DNA of 32,000 bases, taken from assembly GCF_021378375.1 (NCBI RefSeq), contig NZ_CP076228.1:420001-452000 (forward strand), given 5' to 3'. Shown one piece after another: positions 1 through 9,209 of the stretch. The stretch's first letter is position 1. Each line of letters begins with the position of its first letter. Source of the stretch: Wolbachia endosymbiont of Drosophila innubila. Lineage in GTDB: Bacteria > Pseudomonadota > Alphaproteobacteria > Rickettsiales > Anaplasmataceae. A program made the translations under genes and the position numbers. The notes beneath the pieces are model-generated. The model did not search any database. It saw only the letters and a list, made by a program, of their open reading frames with translations, and was not told the origin of the DNA.

Positions 1-96
1 GTGTTAGTTGAGATGAGCATTTACGATAGGAATGCGAGAAAGGGTAGGATCATTAGAAGGCTTAAAGGTACAAGTGACAGAACGATCTCTAAATAA
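1..96 (+). CDS. infA: Translation initiation factor IF-1, C-terminal part (truncated by window edge)
   Basis: Frame 1 translates VLVEMSIYDRNARKGRIIRRLKGTSDRTISK* and stops at 94-96. The 'VLVEMS.YD...KGRI..R' pattern is typical of the IF-1 C-terminus. Confidence 0.8.
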   Translation: MLVEMSIYDRNARKGRIIRRLKGTSDRTISK

Positions 97-670
97 TCTT
101 ATTCTTGCTTCATCATCGAAAAGGCGTATAGCTTTACTAAAACAAATAAACATTGAGCCAGGTTTAATTTTGCCAGCAGATATAGATGAAGCCCCTTTAA
201 AAAAGGAACTTCCGAAGGATTACTCAATCCGTATGGCAAAAAGTAAAGCTGAGAAAATACAAAGTTTAAATCCAAATTATTTTGTGCTTGGTGTTGATAC
301 AGTTGTTGCTTGTGGTAGAAGGATATTGCTCAAAGCTGAAAACGTTGAGCAAGCAGAAAAATGTATCCGCTTGTTATCAGGAAGAAGGCATAGAGTATAC
401 ACCAGTGTATGTCTATTAACTCCCGATCAATCTAAACAACATATCAGGACTGTGGTTACAATAGTGAAATTTAAACGTCTCAGTGAACAAGAAATTAAGT
501 ATTATTTAGCATCAGAAGAGTGGAAAAATAGGGCGGGGGGATGCAATATACAAGGCCTAGCTGGAGTGTTCGTATTGTTCTTACGCGGCTCCTACTCTTC
601 CGTTATAGGATTACCATTACATGAAACCTATTGTTTGCTAAGCAATTATTTTAACTTCAATTTATATTGA
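32..670 (+). CDS. maf: Maf/YhdE-family nucleotide pyrophosphatase (septum formation inhibitor-like)
   Basis: LILASSSKRRIALLKQ, VLGVDTVV, SGRRHRVYT and Y.ASEEWKNRAGG.NIQGLAG..V are Maf motifs. The real start is probably GTG at 74 (VTERSLNNLILASSS), overlapping the infA end. Confidence 0.9.
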   Translation: MRERVGSLEGLKVQVTERSLNNLILASSSKRRIALLKQINIEPGLILPADIDEAPLKKELPKDYSIRMAKSKAEKIQSLNPNYFVLGVDTVVACGRRILLKAENVEQAEKCIRLLSGRRHRVYTSVCLLTPDQSKQHIRTVVTIVKFKRLSEQEIKYYLASEEWKNRAGGCNIQGLAGVFVLFLRGSYSSVIGLPLHETYCLLSNYFNFNLY

Positions 671-3340
671 AATACCTTTATTAGTATCTTTTTTTTGTTG
701 TGACTCAGCAACCTGTTTAGCCCAATCTAGTGGTCTTTTATTTCTGTTAGCTAATGCAATTCTATTGCGATCATAACCATCAGTGTGTTCTGTTAAAGTA
801 TCTCCTCTTTCTTCTTCTATTACTCCAGCTTTCAGTTGTGCTTCATCTTTCTCTAGTAATTTATATAGTTCGCTATTTTTATCTACAGTTGGATTAGTGT
901 CATTATTTTCTCGTTCTGCCACTGTTTTTTCTAACCATTTACGTATAGGGTCATATTGTTTACCTTTTCCTATCTTTTCTAAAATGTTTTCTGAGAATGA
1001 ATCTTTAGGAATATTTTCTTTAGTAGCCTGTTGTGCCGGTTCTCTTAACCCTTTATCCGGGTTTCCCAATGCTCCTTTTAACTCACTCGTATCTCCGATT
1101 TCTTTTGGTTCAATGTTTTCTAAGCTCTTCTTTAACTGTTCAGGATTTACTTGAGATTGTTCATTATTGTCATGAGTTGGAGATGAATAGCCCGAATCGT
1201 TTGCTTTTATGTCTGTTGAGCTGTCTTTTAGCAACCCAACTTCTCTCAAGCGTTTTTTAGTTTCTTCGCTAATCTGACTCTGATCAGCTGATTTTAACCC
1301 GAGATTTTCTTGACCTAATGTATTTTTAAGTTCTTCAAATAGAGTTAGATTACTTTGTCTAATATGTTCTTCTAATTTCCTTCCTACCTGTTTTAAATCT
1401 GTTTGAGATTTACTATCACTATTAGTTGGAGATATATAGCCTGAATCACTTATACTATTTGGTGTTGAAGCAGAGACACTAATAGTTGGACCTTCCACTA
1501 TTTTTACATCTGCTAAATCGTCTTTTTGCAATCCATCTTCTTTATCTTGTGACAGTTTATCAGTAGGATCAACTTGCCTTAATCCTCTATTATCCTGCTG
1601 TGATCTATCTCTGATTTCTTTAAGAAGATTTTCAGGTGGAGTTTGATCACTTTGTTCAATGTTCTCTAAGCTCTTCTTTAACTGTTCAGGATTTACTTGA
1701 GATTGTTCATTATTGTCATGAGTTGGAGATGAATAGCCCGAGTCACTTTTATTATTGAGTGCTGTAGCAGAGAGCGGCTGTTCACTTTCTTTCCACTTAG
1801 CATCACTAGCATCTTGGTTATCACTGTTATCTGGAGAAGATGAATAAGGAATTATGTCCTTTAATGTCTCTAACGGTGATGGGTTATTTTTTCTACTTCC
1901 TGCAATTGATGCTTTTCTATCATCAACATCAATGTGCCGTAAGTTGTTTTTCTTGAAATTTCTGATGTCTTGTAACAGATCGCCTTTGCTATTTCCTTCT
2001 TGTTGCTGGGTTTTAGGTTGTTGCTGATCATTAGGTGTTTGCTCACTTCTATCTGGTTTTTGGCTTCCAGGTACAGCATGTCCAAATGTAGGATTGTCAT
2101 ACCGTTCATCTTCTTGCCTATTATCTTGATTGTGGCTTACAGACTTGGTGAAAGTAGAACTATCTGAAGAATCAGAAGTTGCACCTTTTTGCTGATTATT
2201 AGGTGTTTGCTCATTTTCGCGCAAGTCATCTGGTTTTTGGCTTCTAGATTTGGCTCCCCCTTGCTCATCGAAAACACCTTTTTTAGGTGGTAGTGAACTA
2301 GTTCTAGGTGGAAGTGGCGGAGGAGTTTTTTTGTTCTGAGGATTCTCCTCAAAAAGCGATTGTAGGTTATAAACTTGACCTCCCGAATTTGCTTCTCGTG
2401 CTGCTTGTCTAAGCTCACGCTTTTCTTTAGCCTCCTGAGAATTAATTTTATCGTCAAAATCTTTTCCAATTCCGCTATCGTAAGACTGCCTTCTGCTGTT
2501 AGATTGTAGTCCAAAATGTGAATGGTGGTCTTCTTTTTTTTGAGTTATATCAGTAGCTTGAACGCTAACACCTCTATTAACATCAATTCTTGTTGTAGTT
2601 TCAGATGATAGCTCGTTACTGTCTTTATTATGTTGCATCTCATTCGCTTTTCCTTGTCCTTTCTCCCTGAATTGTATTTCATGCAAGAATAAACCACCTA
2701 TTTTTACATCTCTGTTTACTTCTAACCGTTCTAGAGAAAAATCATCACCTTTAACAAGGTCTACACCGTTAGCATCAATCTTAATTTTGATCTTACATTC
2801 CTTCCCCTCCGCATACCACTTTAAAGTCATTTCATATGAACCATCAGTTACGACATAATGTCTTATTTTTTTCCCTTCTTCCTCGGCAACAAAACCATGC
2901 ATTCCGCTCTTTCCATCACTATGCAATGTTGAAAATCCCGAGATTTCATTCTTCTCACAAAAATCACTGTTTAAAAATTCGCTGATTTTAAACTCTTTTT
3001 TGTTATTTCCCAGCGTAATACTTGCGTGATTACCGTATATTGAAACTCCTGCAACATCATCAACATACTCTTTCAACCTTTCTTTAACTTCACTTTCAAG
3101 GTCTTGTCCAGCTTTCTTTGTCTTGTCGCATTTCTGAAGAATAACTCCATATGCTTTATCTTTGTTTTCTTCTTCGTCCCAATTCCAGTTGGCGTGTTTT
3201 GTTAAAAACTTTACTGTGTTAAAATCAACTCTAGCATTATAAATTGGGTCGTCTTCCTTTTTTATTTTATCAAATAAAGGAAAATTTTCTTGAATGCGCT
3301 CATTATAAATGTGTTCTTGTTGTGTATCGTTAGTGCCCAT
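662..3340 (-). CDS. Large low-complexity protein with N-terminal globular region, PPPLPPR proline-rich motif and internal DSGYSSP repeats; candidate host-interaction protein, function unknown
   Basis: 892-aa open frame; the polar, repeat-rich region after ~aa 250 contains TPPPLPPRTSSLPPKK and repeated SDSGYSSPTHDNNEQSQVNPEQLKKSLENIE. 3' end overlaps the convergent maf by 9 bp. Confidence 0.8.
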   Translation of the reverse strand: MGTNDTQQEHIYNERIQENFPLFDKIKKEDDPIYNARVDFNTVKFLTKHANWNWDEEENKDKAYGVILQKCDKTKKAGQDLESEVKERLKEYVDDVAGVSIYGNHASITLGNNKKEFKISEFLNSDFCEKNEISGFSTLHSDGKSGMHGFVAEEEGKKIRHYVVTDGSYEMTLKWYAEGKECKIKIKIDANGVDLVKGDDFSLERLEVNRDVKIGGLFLHEIQFREKGQGKANEMQHNKDSNELSSETTTRIDVNRGVSVQATDITQKKEDHHSHFGLQSNSRRQSYDSGIGKDFDDKINSQEAKEKRELRQAAREANSGGQVYNLQSLFEENPQNKKTPPPLPPRTSSLPPKKGVFDEQGGAKSRSQKPDDLRENEQTPNNQQKGATSDSSDSSTFTKSVSHNQDNRQEDERYDNPTFGHAVPGSQKPDRSEQTPNDQQQPKTQQQEGNSKGDLLQDIRNFKKNNLRHIDVDDRKASIAGSRKNNPSPLETLKDIIPYSSSPDNSDNQDASDAKWKESEQPLSATALNNKSDSGYSSPTHDNNEQSQVNPEQLKKSLENIEQSDQTPPENLLKEIRDRSQQDNRGLRQVDPTDKLSQDKEDGLQKDDLADVKIVEGPTISVSASTPNSISDSGYISPTNSDSKSQTDLKQVGRKLEEHIRQSNLTLFEELKNTLGQENLGLKSADQSQISEETKKRLREVGLLKDSSTDIKANDSGYSSPTHDNNEQSQVNPEQLKKSLENIEPKEIGDTSELKGALGNPDKGLREPAQQATKENIPKDSFSENILEKIGKGKQYDPIRKWLEKTVAERENNDTNPTVDKNSELYKLLEKDEAQLKAGVIEEERGDTLTEHTDGYDRNRIALANRNKRPLDWAKQVAESQQKKDTNKGISI
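1111..1194 (-). repeat. Internal coding repeat copy A (~84 bp) in the 892-aa ORF
   Basis: caatgtt(t/c)tctaagctcttctttaactgttcaggatttacttgagattg...gagatgaatagcccga is repeated at 1657-1740 with one mismatch. Confidence 0.9.
1657..1740 (-). repeat. Internal coding repeat copy B (~84 bp) in the 892-aa ORF
   Basis: Near-identical to 1111-1194. Confidence 0.9.
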
Positions 3341-3483
3341 ATATCCCTCATTAATAACCCTCTGCCTTTAGTTCTAGCTAATACTAGCTAATATAATTAT
3401 CACAAGCATTGGTTGAATTTTTATTAAGGAAGGTTGTGTTACTAATGTGATGACACAAGCTATTTTATGGTAACATCAAACGA

Positions 3484-3652
3484 TTTAAGTTGTCATTCCA
3501 GTCTGGAATCCAGCCTTTCACGAACCCCATCAAAAATGTTGTGTTTTAACATAAGATTAGCTACTTTTATGCTCACTAACTTAGTGCCAATCAAGATTCC
3601 TGGATCCCAGTGTCTGGGCACTGGGATGACATCCTTCTTGGCGGAAATCACT
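3484..3652. repeat. Dispersed palindromic/RPE-like intergenic repeat
   Basis: gtcattccagtctggaatccagc and ggatcccagtgtctgggcactgggatgacat. Same families recur at several other intergenic sites in the window. Confidence 0.7.
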
Positions 3653-3686
3653 CTTATATCACAACAGCTGCATAGCCTAAATTGCT

Positions 3687-5066
3687 TTAGCTATAGCTCT
3701 GTTTTTGCAACTTCAAATATCTGCTACTCATAGTAAACACTTCTGGATCTTGAGAGGTTAGCTTGAGTATAGCGAGTATGTTGATAAACAACAAAGCAGC
3801 AATCGAGATATCAGCAACATCCCATAGCAACCGGACTTTACCTATCGCACCAAGCGGAATGATCATGGTAAAAATTACAATCCAGATTTTAGTGTATTTA
3901 TTATCCATAGACACATAGCGTATTGTCTGTTTTGAGCAAAAAAACCAAGTAAAAATAGTAGTAAAGGCAAAACAAAACATTATGGCCATAATTAAATAGT
4001 CAATATAGGGCCAATTCATAGCTTTTCTAAAAGCAAATATGCACATGTTAGTACTCTCTAAATCAGTGACCCAAGAATCTGTGACAAGCAGTACCATTGT
4101 TGTAATAAACACTATGAATGCAACTATAAAAGGCGATATTATTGTGATTAGGCTCTGTTCAATAATAAATTTATTATTATTTTTCTTAGGAACAATTGAA
4201 GAATGTACGATTCCTTCGAGGCCAAGCCCTATATCTGTTGCAAAAATACCTCGCAAAGTTCCAACTTGAATAATAGTCAACATTTCTAAAATCAAACCTA
4301 GAGATAAACCAGAGTTAAAGCTACTAGTTGTAAAAAAACTGCTTGTTATTAGTTTTAGAGAAGGAAGAATATTTTCACTAAATTTAAATAATATGATACC
4401 GCAAAGTGTGAGGTAACTTACCGTCATTATCGGTATCATAGCCGATATAAAAATTTTAATTTTTTTTAAGCTGAGAGCTGCAACAACAAAAAATATTATG
4501 GCCATTACAATGCCACCAACAACTACAGGCACATCTATCATATTAAGTGGTATTGATAGAGAATTTACCTGAACAAGGTTACCAACTGTTATTGAAACCA
4601 TCATCATGATAACTAGAAAGACAATTGTGGCCTTCCTAGAGTTAAACGCATCAGTCATGTAGGCTACAGGGCCACCTATAAACCGTTCGTTCTTTTCCTT
4701 TCTGGTTTTTATACTTAGATAACAAGTGACATATTTTATCACAGAAGTGATAACAATAATTATTGCCATCCATAAAATAGAGCCCGGTCCTCCGGTTTTT
4801 AGAGCAACAGCAGTTCCTGAAATATTTCCTACTCCTAAATTTCCCCCTAAAATTGTAAACAGAGCGGCTATAGAAGAAAATTTATTTTCTCCTTTTTTAG
4901 CTCCAAGGAGTGAAAGGGCGTATGGTAATCTAAATACCTGTAGCCATTTTAGTTTAATCGATAGGTAAACACCAGCAACTAGCATGAGTAATATTGTTGG
5001 CAGTAATAAAACAAACTTTACTGTATCCATCTGTAAAAGTGAGATTTTTATTTGAGTATACAACAA
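3687..5066 (-). CDS. Sodium:alanine (AGCS-type) amino acid symporter family protein
   Basis: Multi-TM protein with GGNLGVGNISGTAVALKTGGPGSILWM, matching the AGCS signature region (G.GN..G...A...GGPG). The start may be the internal Met at 5030. Confidence 0.8.
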   Translation of the reverse strand: MLYTQIKISLLQMDTVKFVLLLPTILLMLVAGVYLSIKLKWLQVFRLPYALSLLGAKKGENKFSSIAALFTILGGNLGVGNISGTAVALKTGGPGSILWMAIIIVITSVIKYVTCYLSIKTRKEKNERFIGGPVAYMTDAFNSRKATIVFLVIMMMVSITVGNLVQVNSLSIPLNMIDVPVVVGGIVMAIIFFVVAALSLKKIKIFISAMIPIMTVSYLTLCGIILFKFSENILPSLKLITSSFFTTSSFNSGLSLGLILEMLTIIQVGTLRGIFATDIGLGLEGIVHSSIVPKKNNNKFIIEQSLITIISPFIVAFIVFITTMVLLVTDSWVTDLESTNMCIFAFRKAMNWPYIDYLIMAIMFCFAFTTIFTWFFCSKQTIRYVSMDNKYTKIWIVIFTMIIPLGAIGKVRLLWDVADISIAALLFINILAILKLTSQDPEVFTMSSRYLKLQKQSYS

Positions 5067-5194
5067 AAATTGAAAATACCTAACCTATTTTCTATGTATG
5101 ACTTCGTTTCCGTCATTCTAGAAACCTTTTCTTGTCATCCAAGTAGCGTGACACATAACTGTACGAACATTGTAATATGGTACAATGTTAAGAC

Positions 5195-5323
5195 GATGTC
5201 ATTCCAGTGCTTGACACTGGAATCCAGCTTTTAATGCAACCCCTCACCAAAAATATTGTGTTTTAACATAAGGTTAGCTACTTTTATACTCACCAACTTA
5301 GTGTCCAATCTGGATCCCAGTGA
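5195..5323. repeat. Dispersed palindromic repeat block
   Basis: gatgtcattccagtgcttgacactggaatccagc; similar to 3484-3652, 8136-8160 and 9294-9325. Confidence 0.7.
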
Positions 5324-5994
5324 GCTTTGTTGCATAGCAGCAGAAAAATTAGTGATTACTGACAAAATTCATTATAAATAGCGATTTAACTGTTGAAGAA
5401 AAAATATGCCACAAAAAATGAGGGTCAGTAACCATAGCGAATATAACAAATTTCTAGAAAAAAGAGGAAATATTTTTCATTATATCAACGAAGCCATAGC
5501 TGTAAAATACAGTAACGGCTGATCACTATGGAGCTTGTGATTTGCTAAAAGAAGTCGATTTTCAGCATGCCATAAAAGCACTATATGCAGATAGGGCATA
5601 TGACAGAGAAAAGCTCTATAAGCTGTGTAATCAATATGGTATAAAACGAAAATTCCTCCGAAAAACAACGCAGCAGAGCATCCAAAGTTAGACTATATGG
5701 CTGAGAGAAATTCTGCAGTCAAGCTCATAAAGTCATATGATGAAGATGGTATAAAGAAGTGGAAAAAAGAGATGAGTTATGGAAAAAGATCTTATATAGA
5801 AAGTTTTTTCTCGCGACTGAAACAAACATTCGGGTTTAGTTTTAGGAATAAATCTGAGACAAATAGAGAGAAGGAACTACTTGTTAAATGCTATTTGCTC
5901 AATAAGTTCACTGATATTGGTATGGCTAAATTTGAGATAGCTTCATAAATTTATTGTGCGTTACCTACTATCCGAAGAGCGATGCAACAAAGCC
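5324..5994 (+). mobile_element. Internally deleted IS5-like element (non-autonomous derivative)
   Basis: Ends (a)gctttgttgcat / gatgcaacaaagcc. Translates MPQKMRVSN.SEYNKFLEKRGNIFHYINEAIA then the transposase C-terminus KKEMSYGKRSYIESFFSRLKQTFGFSFRNKSE. Related to 8160-9201 but ~370 bp shorter. Confidence 0.8.
5697..5948 (+). pseudogene. IS5-like transposase C-terminal fragment
   Basis: MAERNSAVKLIKSYDEDGIKKWKKEMSYGKRSYIESFFSRLKQTFGFSFRNKSE, parallel to the ORF at 8213-8605. Confidence 0.8.
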
Positions 5995-6099
5995 ATCCCA
6001 GTGTCTGGGCACTGGGATGACATCTTTTTTCTTGGTACAAATTACTCTTATATCTCAATGTTCGTACAGTTAGTGCGTGACACTTGTATCTTTATGATG

Positions 6100-7245
6100 T
6101 GAGGCATTAGAGCTAAAAACCTCACAGGGAGGGTGAAGCTGATGCGACACTAATGCCATTAAGCCAGATTTTGCTTCCCTCCCATAGAGTTAAAGACTGA
6201 ACAGTATCTTTTGGAATTATATCCCGTATTACAAGGTTAGTCTAAACTCTCAGTTTATTTATAGTCTTGGAGGCAATTTTATGCAAGTAAATGCTATTTT
6301 GGGTGTGGATATTTCAAAAAAGAAATTTGATGTTTGTTTGTTAGTGGACAGTAAAAAACGACACAAAGTCTTTCAAAATAATCAAGATGGTTTTGCAAAA
6401 CTTGTAGTTTGGTGCAATGGCCATGGAGCAAATCTTACTCATTTATGTCTTGAAGCAACTAGTTGGTATGGAGAAGATTTGGCTACTTTTATGCACGATT
6501 TAGGACATAATGTCAGTATAGTAAACCCAGAAAGCTTTTGGCAAAAGTGAGCTGCTCAGAAATAAGACAGATAAATCAGATGCAGCTATGATAGCTAGAT
6601 TTTGTATCGCCAACAAACCTGCTCTTTGGAAGCCCATTGCACCTGAAATGAGGCATTTGAGGGAGCTTTACCGTTGCATGCAATCGCTAAAAGATGATAA
6701 GGTGCAACAGACAAATCGCTTGGAAAACAAAAATATGCATTCCAGTTGCAAAGAAGCTATATCTAAAGTAATTTTGGCAATAGAGGAGCAAATTATTGTT
6801 CTCGAAAAAGAAATTAATGAGCATATAAATAACTATCCACATCTAAAAATATGGTGGAAAACCTTAAGACTATAAAAGGTATAGGATATCTTACTGCTGT
6901 TGCTGTTGTCGCAGAAATGCCATCAGTTGATAACTTTGACAATGCTAAACAATTTACAGCTTTTGCTGGTCTAAATCCAGGACATTATCAATCGGGATCG
7001 TCAGTAAGTAAGAGAAGTTGCATATGCAAATAGGATCTGAGCGTATTCGAAAAGCTCTTTACATGCCAGCTATAGTAGTCAAAAACCATAATAATCATTT
7101 TCAAAAATTTTGTCAGCGTCTAGCAAGTAAAGGCAAATGTCCAAAAGTCATAGTTCTTGCGTTAATGCGAAAATTAATGCATGTCTTTTTTGGTATTCTT
7201 AAAAATAATCAACCATTTAATTGTAATTTTGTTGAATAATTTGTT
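6100..7245 (+). mobile_element. Degraded IS110-family insertion sequence; exact ends not resolved
   Basis: ORF fragments MQVNAILGVDISKKKFDVCLLV, IARFCIANKPALW, ENLKTIKGIGYLTAVAVVAEMPSVDNFDNAKQFTAFAGLNPGHYQSGSSV and RIRKALYMPAIVVKNHN match IS110 N-terminal DEDD and C-terminal transposase domains. Frames are broken. Confidence 0.8.
6281..7239 (+). pseudogene. IS110-family transposase, interrupted by a stop and frameshifts
   Basis: Open frames 6281-6550, 6588-6875, 6851-7033 and 7018-7239 together give one IS110 transposase. Confidence 0.85.
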
Positions 7246-7395
7246 TGACAGCAGAAACAGTATCTGGGATCTAAATTTTTTATGCGAAACCATTATGTTT
7301 ATATACTTGTAGGCCCAAGTTCCTCACATAGTGAACAAAAAAGTAAATGAGATTCCAGTGTCACGCGCTGGAATGACACCTACCCCATGAGAACT

Positions 7396-7900
7396 CTATT
7401 TTTCATACCACTCATTTATAAGTTTATTGATATCAGAATCTATAAAATCCTTTAATGGTTGCCTGATTTTTATCTCAACATTTTTAGGGATGCACCTATC
7501 TTTACATATCGCATAATTTATATGGAAGTTAAGGTCAATATACCCTTGATTTAAAAATATATTCATCTTAAAGGGAAATAATACCATATCCTCATATACG
7601 TTACTTACAAACGTCTCTCTCCCTACTTTATCTTTATGTTCCTTTGGAATAGGCCAGTGAATATTTATATCTGATGCATTACCTTTGTAACTAATAGACG
7701 TGGGAAGGCCAAAATCTCCAGGATCTTTATAATATATGTGCCAGCCTGGTTCTACTGTAACCTTTATTGCACCTTTAAGAGTGAAGCTTGCTTCATTTAT
7801 CTCGCCAATAAGTAAATCAAATTTTGCAATTTCCTCGTCAGCATATAGTTGAGCGCAAGAAAAAAAATAAAAATAATATTAAATATATATATATTTTCAT
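7396..7900 (-). pseudogene. DsbD N-terminal-domain-like exported protein; frameshift in the signal-peptide homopolymer run
   Basis: Reading from 7878 gives ...FFSCAQLYADEEIAKFDLLIGEINEASFTLKGAIKVTVEPGWHIYYKDPGDFGLPTSISYKGN...INYAICKDRCIPK..., like the DsbD N-domain (GWH.YYKDPGD.GLPT; C..CIP). The SD-preceded ATG at 7900 (MKIYIYLILFLFF) is one frame off across an A8/T8 run. Confidence 0.7.
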
Positions 7901-7989
7901 TAAGGTAAATTTCTCCTTTTATAGAGAAAGTAATTTAGATTTTAATTATTATATTTAATAGTATTATATAGATTGTTTATTAATATAGC

Positions 7990-8060
7990 ATTATGCTATA
8001 GCTAAACTGACTTACGACAATCTGAAAAACGACAAATTCGTCATTCCGCTACTTGTTAGC
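7990..8060. repeat. Intergenic repeat copy 1
   Basis: tatagctaaactgacttacgacaatctgaaaaacgacaaattcgtcattccgctac resembles 11178-11243. Confidence 0.7.
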
Positions 8061-8159
8061 GGAATCTATGCCGAGATACCGCGAATGAATCCACAACTGT
8101 ACGAACATTGTGATTTTGGCCCATAAGGAGGGTGTCATCCCAGTGCTTGACACTGGGAT

Positions 8160-9201
8160 GGCTTTGTTGCATCACGCTTTATGAGATGGTGATTTATGGT
8201 AAATTCATGTAACTATCTCAAATTTAGCCATACCAATATCAGTGAATTTATTAAGCAAATAGCATTTAGTTCTTTTTCTCGATTTATCTCAGATTTATTC
8301 CTAAAACTAAATCCGAATATTTGCTTTAATCTTGAGAAAAACCCTTCAATATAAGATCTTTTCCCATAATTTACTTCTTTTTTCCATTCTTTCATGCCAC
8401 CTTCACCGTATAATTTTATTAACCTAATAGCAGCATTCCTGTCAGACATATAATCTATTTCTGGATGTTCTGCCGCATTGTTTATTGGTGGAATTTTTGT
8501 CTTTATATCATATTCGTTACACAACTTATAAAACTTGTGCCTATCACATGCTCTATCTGCATATAGTGCTTTTATGGCATGCTGAAAATCAACTTCTTTT
8601 AGCAAATCACAAGCTCCATAGTGATCAGCCGTTACTGTATTTTACAGCTATGGCTTTTTTGTTGTTTATATTCAACATTACGTGCAATTTTCTCGTTTGC
8701 TCATAGCCACGATATTTTCTGTCAGTGCTATTTTCCTTGCTGTGTGTTGTTGTATATACTAATTCCTGTACTGTCTATAGCAATTTCGATATCTTCCATA
8801 TTATTTTCTGCAATCATTTATCTTAATATTAAGTTTCTTTTGATGCTTGTGAATAGCTGCAAATCTCTTCCTATTTGTTGCAAATACCCTTTTATAAACC
8901 CGACTGTTTGTCTTAAACCAATTCTAAAGAAACTGACGATTATATGCACCAAAATCACAACTTTATCACTATAAATATAGTTGCCGCCCTGCATTTTTGG
9001 ACAATTCTCGTACCAATTTTCTATGGCGTCATTGATATAACAAAAAATGCTTCCTCTTTCTTGGAGAAATTTGTTATATTCATGGCAGTTACTGACTCTC
9101 ATTTTTTGTGGCATATTTTTTCTTCAACAGTTAAATGGCTATTTATAATGAATTTTGTCAGTAACTGCCAGTTCTTTTCACTTGAGCGATGCAACAAAGC
9201 C
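8160..9201 (-). mobile_element. IS5-like insertion sequence, ~1042 bp, degraded transposase
   Basis: Perfect 14-bp terminal inverted repeats GGCTTTGTTGCATC (8160-8173) and GATGCAACAAAGCC (9188-9201). Transposase fragments on the minus strand. Confidence 0.85.
8213..9114 (-). pseudogene. IS5-like transposase, frameshifted
   Basis: ORFs 8818-9114 (MPQKMRVSNCHEYNKF...) and 8213-8605 (LYADRACDRHKFYKLCNEYDIKTKIPP...SYIEGFFSRLKQIFGFSFRNKSE) are N- and C-terminal parts. Confidence 0.8.
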
Positions 9202-9209
9202 CACTGGGA

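Noticed and set aside
783-2514. ORFs overlapping the 892-aa gene (783-1154 +, 1033-1260 +, 1870-2109 -, 2137-2514 -)
   Set aside because: They are shadow frames of a long intact ORF with repeats and have no recognisable motifs.
3467-3733. 88-aa plus-strand ORF
   Set aside because: Lies across dispersed palindromic repeats and the symporter 3' end; translation looks like repeat sequence (LESSLSRTPSKML...).
4039-4968. Plus-strand ORFs antisense to the symporter
   Set aside because: Shadow ORFs; the minus frame has a clear AGCS signature.
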